A stretch of DNA of 32,000 nucleotides from contig MKSO01000001.1 in the NCBI GenBank assembly GCA_001897305.1, positions 360,001 through 392,000 on the forward strand. Direction: 5' to 3'. The position numbers were made by a program, and so were the translations under genes. Source of the DNA: Candidatus Saccharimonadota bacterium. Its GTDB lineage: Bacteria; Patescibacteriota; Saccharimonadia; Saccharimonadales; Saccharimonadaceae. Positions 26,198-32,000 of this stretch are shown piece by piece. Position 1 is the first letter of the stretch. Each line of letters starts with the position of its first letter. Below the pieces are notes generated by a model. It ran no database searches. It was not told the origin of the DNA and worked only from the letters and a program-made list of their open reading frames with translations.

Positions 26198-26309
26198 TAT
26201 TTATGTAAAAATCTCGGGTATTATCAGTAGAGAATGGGTAATAGTTAAGAATGTTTTAATAATTTTGCTGTACGCTGAAGGTAACGGTAAGCGGCATTAA
26301 GGAAAGGTA

Positions 26310-26984
26310 ATGAAACTCCTGGTTGTTGATGACAATAAAAGGTTGGCTGATCGGGTCAAGCAACAGCTAGTGAAAAACTATCTCGTCGATGTTGCGCATA
26401 CCGGTGAGCAAGCACTCGAGTATGTGCTGCATACAGACTATGCGGTTATCACTCTCGACTTAGGGTTGCCAGATATGTCCGGTGAGGACGTATGTAGGCG
26501 ATTACGTGCTATGGGCATTCAAGCACCTGTGCTTATTCTTAGTGGCGAAAGTGCTATGGATACACGTGTTCGCCTCCTTGAATCGGGTGCGGACGATTAT
26601 GTCATCAAGCCGTTTCATGTCGACGAGTTAAAGGCGCGCATTACAGCCCTTGCCCGACGACCACCACTTCGTAAGGGCAAAAGAGTCTTGATGCATCGAG
26701 GGTTGCTGATAGATATAGACGAACGAAAAGTATACCGCAATGGTCAAGAGATTGATCTGCGCCGTAAAGAGTTCGATATCTTAGAGTACCTAGTGGCAAA
26801 TAGCGGACGGACGGTCACTCGTGAAATGATACTTAACCACGCCTGGAGTACAGATAAGGTCAGTTGGGATAGTACGGTTGACGTTCATATCAAGCGATTA
26901 CGCGATAAGTTGGATAGTGCGTCGCAGCCATCGCTTATTAAAACGGTTTACGGTCTCGGGTATAAGGTCGAAGCATCCGAATAG
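26310..26984 (+). CDS. OmpR/PhoB-family response regulator
   Basis: Receiver domain (LVVDD, phospho-acceptor in ITLDLGLPDMSG, VIKPF) plus a winged-helix output domain (LRRKEFDILEYL..., VDVHIKRLRDKL, YGLGYKV). The SD is aaggaaagg. Confidence 0.9.
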   Translation: MKLLVVDDNKRLADRVKQQLVKNYLVDVAHTGEQALEYVLHTDYAVITLDLGLPDMSGEDVCRRLRAMGIQAPVLILSGESAMDTRVRLLESGADDYVIKPFHVDELKARITALARRPPLRKGKRVLMHRGLLIDIDERKVYRNGQEIDLRRKEFDILEYLVANSGRTVTREMILNHAWSTDKVSWDSTVDVHIKRLRDKLDSASQPSLIKTVYGLGYKVEASE

Positions 26985-27010
26985 GTAATAAAAAGAAAGG
27001 AACAAGTGCC

Positions 27011-27127
27011 ATGATTGATATTCTCCATACCATTCTGACCGACGCTACTGTGCGTGATAGCAAAGCTGTTGAAGCTCGGCTTTCAGCTGACAGTGCAGCC
27101 GGAACACCTTGGTTTGATGCTGCGTAG
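27011..27127 (+). CDS. Unannotated 38-codon ORF between the response regulator and the kinase; candidate signalling-peptide precursor
   Basis: ATG at 27011 is preceded by a purine-rich gaaagga. The peptide is MIDILHTILTDATVRDSKAVEARLSADSAAGTPWFDAA, with a single Trp (27110-27112) five residues from the C-terminus. It ends at a TAG 3 nt before the kinase ATG. It is below the ORF-track length cutoff. Confidence 0.35.
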   Translation: MIDILHTILTDATVRDSKAVEARLSADSAAGTPWFDAA

Positions 27128-27130
27128 TTT

Positions 27131-28537
27131 ATGAGTAAAAAGCGAACGACAGAAGCGCCCTCACGACTTGCCCGCTGGATTGTGGGGCGGCTTTCTGTTG
27201 TTTCGCTGTCAGACGGTTCGCCTCTTATTACGAAGATTCTATTAAATGCCACACTGATTGCTATTGTCTTGCTCTTTCTGTTGTTATGCGTAAGCTACTT
27301 TCTGCTTGGTAATGAAAATGTAGCGCCGCGGCTTGTTCTGGTGATTGGTGCTGTGATGTATCTTTGTGGTGTCGAATGGCTATACCGCACTGGAAATGTG
27401 CGCCGTGCGGCAAAGTTCCTAATTGCATTTTATTTATTTCTGTCAACGATGGTACTTGCTGGCTGGGGTATTAATGCACCCATTGGTATTCTGACCCTAG
27501 GGTTTGTCATCTTGTTGACGGGTATTATGCTCGGTGCTCGCTCTATTATACCTTCTACTATCATCACTATCGCTGTACTACTGGCAATTCAGGTGAGTGG
27601 AACGATTGGTATATTGAAGCCCGATCTTTCTTCGCTTTCAAAACCTTCTTCTTACTTCGATGTAGTGAGTTATACGGTTGTATTTAGCGTATTTGCGCTG
27701 GTATCGTGGCTGTCTGGTCGGCAAATGGAGGAAGCTTTGCAGCGGGCGTTAGAGGCAGAGGCGGCGTTGCAGAAGGAAAAGGATTTACTAGCCGATCGGC
27801 TCAAGGAGCAAACGATCAAACTTAGAGAATCCCAACTTGCAGAAATGAACCAGTTGTACCGCTTTGCCGAACTTGGTCAGCTTAGTACGGTAACCATGCA
27901 TGATCTCGCAAACCACTTAAATGTGCTTGCACTTGATCTTGATGATATCCAGCAGCGATCACATAGCTCCGAGGCTCTTGAACGTGCAAAAGAAAGTTTA
28001 TCGTATTTGGATGCAATGGTAGCCGAGGTACGGCAGCAAATATATGAGGACGCTTCTCCTCGTGAATTTGACGCCGTTGCGCTCATAAAAGACATGGCAC
28101 CGCTGTTTAGTAAACTGACACAACGTAAGAGCGTTCGGTTAGATTATACGGTCTCGCCTCGGAAGGCGACGGTGAAAATAATGGGCGATCCACTCCGTTT
28201 GGCTCAGGTTGTAAAGGTGTTGGTGACAAATGCTATTGAAGCCTACGACCATTCAAGCCTACCTGATAAACGAGTGGCCATTACAATAACGAAACAATCC
28301 TCAAAAGCGAGAATAAGCGTCTGTGACTGGGGCGTCGGTATCACAAAACGGCAACGGACGCGCATTTTTCATGCTTTTGAAAGCACCAAACCCAACGGTA
28401 TGGGCATAGGGCTTTTTATCGCCAAAAAAATGGTAGAAACACATTTTAATGGCACCTTGAAATTGGCTCGAGCGGCGGACTGCACCGAATTCATTATTGA
28501 ATTACCCCTTCAATTACAAAGGAAAACACACTCATGA
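27131..28537 (+). CDS. Membrane sensor histidine kinase (six TM helices with short loops, coiled-coil linker, HisKA + HATPase_c)
   Basis: Six hydrophobic helices lie within aa 35-200. The linker is EEALQRALEAEAALQKEKDLL. The H-box is ELGQLSTVTMHDLANHLNVL, the N-box VTNAIEAY, G1 DWGVGI and G2 GMGIGLFIAKKMVE. The TGA stop overlaps the next ATG (ATGA at 28534-28537). Confidence 0.85.
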   Translation: MSKKRTTEAPSRLARWIVGRLSVVSLSDGSPLITKILLNATLIAIVLLFLLLCVSYFLLGNENVAPRLVLVIGAVMYLCGVEWLYRTGNVRRAAKFLIAFYLFLSTMVLAGWGINAPIGILTLGFVILLTGIMLGARSIIPSTIITIAVLLAIQVSGTIGILKPDLSSLSKPSSYFDVVSYTVVFSVFALVSWLSGRQMEEALQRALEAEAALQKEKDLLADRLKEQTIKLRESQLAEMNQLYRFAELGQLSTVTMHDLANHLNVLALDLDDIQQRSHSSEALERAKESLSYLDAMVAEVRQQIYEDASPREFDAVALIKDMAPLFSKLTQRKSVRLDYTVSPRKATVKIMGDPLRLAQVVKVLVTNAIEAYDHSSLPDKRVAITITKQSSKARISVCDWGVGITKRQRTRIFHAFESTKPNGMGIGLFIAKKMVETHFNGTLKLARAADCTEFIIELPLQLQRKTHS

Positions 28538-30111
28538 TGACCCTTCAAGCAACCCTTCGCTCTTTGGGCAAAAAGGCCTATGGACCCGATATTTCTACAG
28601 AAGATAAAATACGACTCCTTTTACTTTTTAACGAACTTCCCGAGTATCACGAGCAGGCGGTCTGGTTGTTCGATCATCTTTCTTCTGGTGAGTGGACATG
28701 GCTTAGTAGCGATGATATTTACTTGGTTTGCCTACGACTTTTGGCTCTCTATCGCCACAATGCAGAAAGTATTGACGGTGAACACTTAGCGCTTCTTGCA
28801 AAGCGCCTTATAGAAGCAGAAAAAACGGTCGGCGGCCCATATAAACATAAGGCGCACTCTGCCCTGCAGACAAATGCAGTGATAGCGCAGCTAATGCGCG
28901 CGCTCGGCTCTTCCCTGCCGAATGTCGAGCAATTCGTCCAGCAAGAAGCCGAAGAGCATCGGCTTGTGGTGGCAACACCGGAAAACGGCTGGCTTTTAGC
29001 TTGGCCGGAACGAATTGTTACCGTTGCGGTGACTCGTCAACTACAAACCGTGGATACCGATTCGTTGCATCAAATAGTCGCAAAGCTATGTCTTCGCTTA
29101 CGACCGAGTTTGTCAAAGAAGCAAGGCGCTGTACGTGACTCTATAGATGATGCTAGCTCGGTCTCAGACCAGGTGGTTCAAGAAAGCCTGACCTACCCTG
29201 AGCAACTAAGGAGTGGTTTTGATGAAATAGTTCAAAAAATTATTAACGCTGACCATTCCGGTGAAATCCGGTTGTTATCTTCCTTTTTTGTCGAGTCGCT
29301 TAGTAAAGAGATGCAGGCATTCTGGCACGATGAAGACATACAGGCTCTTAATAAAGCTACCCTTCATACCTGGGTAGCCTACACAATATATGATGATTTT
29401 ATTGACGAAGAGGGCTCACCTCGGTTACTTCCAGTAGCTAATACGAGCCACCGTAAAGCGCTCGCGCAGTACTATGCTCAGGCCTATGATAATGATGATG
29501 CTCATGTGCTTATCGAAGAAACCTTTGACCGTATGGATGCTGCTAACGCATGGGAGCTGCAGTATTGTCGCTTTCCGGTAGATGTGCGCACTATAATAAT
29601 CGGTACCCTCCCTGATTACAAAGACAATACTGTTCTAGCGGAACGCGCTGGCGCGCACATTCTTGGTCCGTTGCTTATTGCTCTGCGCGACACCACGATA
29701 TCTCGGCAGCAGTACTCTCATCTTCGTCGTGGCCTAGAGCAGTACCTTATTGCGCGTCAGCTTAACGATGACATTCATGACTGGGTGAAGGATCTGCGAG
29801 CTGGCCAATGTAGCCCCGTGGTACGTTTTTTACTTCAAGAAGCGAACATAGAAGCTGGTTCTTATGCTAGTGACGAATTAATTGAATCACTGCAAAACAC
29901 CTTTTGGCAGTCGGGACTTGAGAAGTTCAGCTTAGAGATTCTCGAGCATACAAAAGCTGCTGAAGGATATCTGCGTAAGAGCAATGTGATAAAAGATGAT
30001 AGTATTTTTATTCACAAAACACTCTTGCCTATTGAGCAATCTGCGCGAAAGGCAATGACTAAGCATCGAAAAGAAAAAAGTTTTCTCGCATCGTATGTAA
30101 GCGAGGCTTAA
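28534..30111 (+). CDS. Two-domain protein: an uncharacterised N-terminal helical domain (about 270 aa) plus a C-terminal trans-isoprenyl-diphosphate-synthase-like (class I isoprenoid synthase fold) domain
   Basis: First Asp-rich motif AYTIYDDFIDEEGSPRLLPVAN (DDFID at 29392-29406). Second is IARQLNDDIHDWVKDLRAGQCSPVV (DDIHD at 29767-29781), 125 residues later. Both resemble polyprenyl synthase FARM/SARM contexts (hDDviDe...P..N; fQ..DDi.D...Dl..Gk.t.P). Confidence 0.6.
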   Translation: MMTLQATLRSLGKKAYGPDISTEDKIRLLLLFNELPEYHEQAVWLFDHLSSGEWTWLSSDDIYLVCLRLLALYRHNAESIDGEHLALLAKRLIEAEKTVGGPYKHKAHSALQTNAVIAQLMRALGSSLPNVEQFVQQEAEEHRLVVATPENGWLLAWPERIVTVAVTRQLQTVDTDSLHQIVAKLCLRLRPSLSKKQGAVRDSIDDASSVSDQVVQESLTYPEQLRSGFDEIVQKIINADHSGEIRLLSSFFVESLSKEMQAFWHDEDIQALNKATLHTWVAYTIYDDFIDEEGSPRLLPVANTSHRKALAQYYAQAYDNDDAHVLIEETFDRMDAANAWELQYCRFPVDVRTIIIGTLPDYKDNTVLAERAGAHILGPLLIALRDTTISRQQYSHLRRGLEQYLIARQLNDDIHDWVKDLRAGQCSPVVRFLLQEANIEAGSYASDELIESLQNTFWQSGLEKFSLEILEHTKAAEGYLRKSNVIKDDSIFIHKTLLPIEQSARKAMTKHRKEKSFLASYVSEA

Positions 30112-30115
30112 AGAG

Positions 30116-31618
30116 CTAATAGCCTGCAAAATAATCGGTCGTAACGCGCTGAATACCACGTGTCCGTAGCTGATAGGCGGCGCTTTGTACGAATGGCGTC
30201 GGCCCGGAAATATAGGCATCGCGCTGGCTATGGTCCGGGATGAGCTGTAAGAGTTGATCAAAGTCAATGCGACTACCTTTGAGGAATTGCCACGAGTTAG
30301 GAGCGCGCACTGGACGGTCCAGGCTAATCACTACCCCTCGGCAACTTGCAAGAATTTCCTGGTATGCAAATTCCTGCCCACTACTTACTGCGTACACGAT
30401 CACAATATCACGATCTTTATGTGACGCTTGCAAAGAACGGAGCTGAGAAATGAACGGCGTAATGCCGATGCCCCCTGCAATAAAAAGGAGTGGCCGTTTG
30501 GTGTCTTTGGGAAGAATGAAATCCCCAGAACAGTGCGTTACCTGAAGCGAGACTTCTTTATTCAGGTTTGCGAGAGCTTTCTTAAAGGTGCTTGAAGGTT
30601 GGTAAAAACGTATTCCGAGAGAAATTTCTTGGCTACCAGGAGCGGAAGTAATACTAAAACTCCTACGCTCGCCACGCAAATCGGCACGAGCATGTGGTAG
30701 GCTGAGTTCAATGTACTGACCTGCTTCATAGGTCATAGCCCGTGACGGCTTAAAGAAATATTCAAAGCTCGTTGGTGTTAATTGTTCTTTGCGCAAGAAC
30801 GTCAGTTGGGTAGCCGCGCGCCTTGCTAGGATTGCGGCTACAAGGTTGCCAACCAGCAGGGCGATGGCCGGCGTGGTTTGGATTGGGCCAATAGTAATAG
30901 GCACTGCAACCAATACGGCAACCACTACAGTAACGACATAAATCTGCCATTTACGGGGCGGCAGCGTGAGTGGTTCTACCAGCATGACGCCAACAATAAA
31001 GAGTAGCGGCCACGATAAAAGCAATCCAAGGCTCTGCGCGAAACTTGCCCCGTAGCTAATGAGTTGAATAAGGACGAGCGGAATGGTTATAGCCAGGAAA
31101 ATACCCGCCACTGCGAACCGTTTAGTTTGATAAAGCGCCATTGCTCCAACGAGCGCAACGATGGGCGCGAGTACTGGGGTGGCTACCCACCAACTCGCTC
31201 CCCCAAGTCCGGCAATGCTAATAACAACGACTGCCAGTGCTGCGGGGTTAAAAATATGCCGCCCCTTCCATACAACAACATACTTTGATGCCCCGGCAAT
31301 AAGCCCGGCGAAGAAAAGAATTGCTAGGCCCGAGAGGTTTGTCGTAGGCGTAATAATGAGCGTAAGAATTACGCTAGTAATAAGCGACGAGTCTATTTGG
31401 CTATGTACACCAAATAGAAGACTCGTTAGCCAGCTTCCTAGCCATGTGGCACTACAAGCAACCAGTAGGCTTATACATAGTTCAAGAGGGGTGACGCTTA
31501 ATAATCCAAAGCAGGCAAGCACAACGGCGGCTAACCAAATACCAAATAGGCCAAACAAGATACCCTTATACATCGAGATTGGTCGTAGTATGGCGTTGAT
31601 ACGTTCCAAAATGTTCAT
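30116..31618 (-). CDS. Fusion protein: RnfD/NqrB-like polytopic membrane domain plus a C-terminal ferredoxin-NADP reductase-type FAD/NAD(P)-binding domain
   Basis: The N-terminal half has about 8 TM helices with HIFNPAALAVVV and VMLVEPLTLPP (compare RnfD/NqrB FNPA and ..TDPVT.P). The C-terminal half has RRSFSITSAP (RxYS-type FAD motif) and LLFIAGGIGITPFISQL (NAD(P) motif). The start overlaps the ApbE stop (TAATG). Confidence 0.7.
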   Translation of the reverse strand: MNILERINAILRPISMYKGILFGLFGIWLAAVVLACFGLLSVTPLELCISLLVACSATWLGSWLTSLLFGVHSQIDSSLITSVILTLIITPTTNLSGLAILFFAGLIAGASKYVVVWKGRHIFNPAALAVVVISIAGLGGASWWVATPVLAPIVALVGAMALYQTKRFAVAGIFLAITIPLVLIQLISYGASFAQSLGLLLSWPLLFIVGVMLVEPLTLPPRKWQIYVVTVVVAVLVAVPITIGPIQTTPAIALLVGNLVAAILARRAATQLTFLRKEQLTPTSFEYFFKPSRAMTYEAGQYIELSLPHARADLRGERRSFSITSAPGSQEISLGIRFYQPSSTFKKALANLNKEVSLQVTHCSGDFILPKDTKRPLLFIAGGIGITPFISQLRSLQASHKDRDIVIVYAVSSGQEFAYQEILASCRGVVISLDRPVRAPNSWQFLKGSRIDFDQLLQLIPDHSQRDAYISGPTPFVQSAAYQLRTRGIQRVTTDYFAGY

Positions 31619-32000
31619 TATGAAAACACTCCTTCTCTAAAATAGTCAGAACAGTCGTAACTACCATCTTTAAATATACGTAGATATTCATAAGTATAGC
31701 GTGTTGGTATTGTTTCTGGTGGTACAAAAAACAGAGCCGTTGCTATCCCGTCGGCAATCATGGTACTGTCCGCTACAACCCAGGTGGCAATAATATCTTG
31801 GGCTGGTTTCGCAGTCCGCGCGTTAATAACGTGGTGCCATCCACCCCATGCTCTGCCTGTTGTTGCGGAGGCACAAAGCGCTTTATTGCGTAACTCAATG
31901 ACCCCAATTACTTTTGTTTTGTCGGTCGGATCTTGCAGGCCGATTGTTTCAAACGTCGTTGGGTCTGAGCTGGCCTGACGCACGTCACCGCTACCATCAA
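31618..32000 (-). CDS. apbE: ApbE-family FAD:protein FMN transferase, C-terminal part only (the N-terminus lies beyond the right edge)
   Basis: ...GRAWGGWHHVINARTAKPAQ...VVADSTMIADGIATALF is the ApbE C-terminal signature (G..hHiidP.tG.P; A.aDalaTA.f). The frame stays open upstream of the track's GTG through position 32000. Confidence 0.8.
   Translation of the reverse strand, partial: DGSGDVRQASSDPTTFETIGLQDPTDKTKVIGVIELRNKALCASATTGRAWGGWHHVINARTAKPAQDIIATWVVADSTMIADGIATALFFVPPETIPTRYTYEYLRIFKDGSYDCSDYFREGVFS

Noticed and set aside
26237-26310. Four GGTAA pentamers upstream of the response-regulator gene, as possible OmpR-type direct-repeat binding sites
   Set aside because: Their spacing is irregular (26237, 26280, 26286, 26306), the pentamer is too short to be significant, and the last copy is simply part of the SD/start region.
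26938-27252. 104-aa minus-strand ORF spanning the regulator-kinase junction
   Set aside because: It is antisense to the 3' end of the regulator, the 38-codon ORF and the 5' end of the kinase. It has no start signals and an Arg/Ser-rich product.
31161-31640. 159-aa plus-strand ORF (and 31064-31288) inside the RnfD-like::FNR gene
   Set aside because: It is antisense to a 500-aa frame with two recognisable domains, and its composition (Ala/Pro/Thr/Arg-rich) is typical of an opposite-strand artefact.

Overview
A compact bacterial chromosomal window that uses the standard genetic code (TGA ends several well-defined genes). It holds about 30 protein-coding genes, one tRNA-Gln, no rRNA, no CRISPR array and no recognisable integrase or transposase. 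Two edge-truncated genes are missing from the supplied ORF track: a 516+ codon type IV pilin-like gene (1-1549, minus) and the C-terminal part of an ApbE flavin transferase (31618-32000, minus). Housekeeping genes include eno-gpmA, tsaC/yrdC and yaaA. Envelope and transport genes include a MacB/FtsX-type ABC pair, two MFS transporters, a ZIP transporter, MscS, DoxX and a PAP2 phosphatase with a DAG-kinase-like lipid kinase. There is a GH3 beta-glucosidase cassette, an LLM oxidoreductase with an F420-type NADP reductase-like partner, and several nuclease-fold genes (DUF2726, DnaQ::GIY-YIG, NERD). The gene content (giant pilin, many orphan membrane proteins, small compact genes) suggests a Patescibacteria/Saccharibacteria-like organism, but that is a low-confidence inference. 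The main candidate for a novel system is the operon at 26310-30111. It reads OmpR-type response regulator, then an unannotated 38-codon ORF with a single Trp near its C-terminus, then a six-TM histidine kinase. The kinase is translationally coupled to a 525-aa protein whose C-terminal half carries both Asp-rich motifs of trans-isoprenyl diphosphate synthases. This layout is functionally analogous to Bacillus ComQXPA (prenylated Trp-peptide quorum sensing) but built from different two-component parts. Other observations: an ApbE plus RnfD-like::FNR fusion module; a decayed tandem tRNA-Gln copy beside an AT-richer segment; a recurring -10 box placed exactly 6 nt before the ATG of about a dozen genes (leaderless architecture); and several interrupted reading frames.
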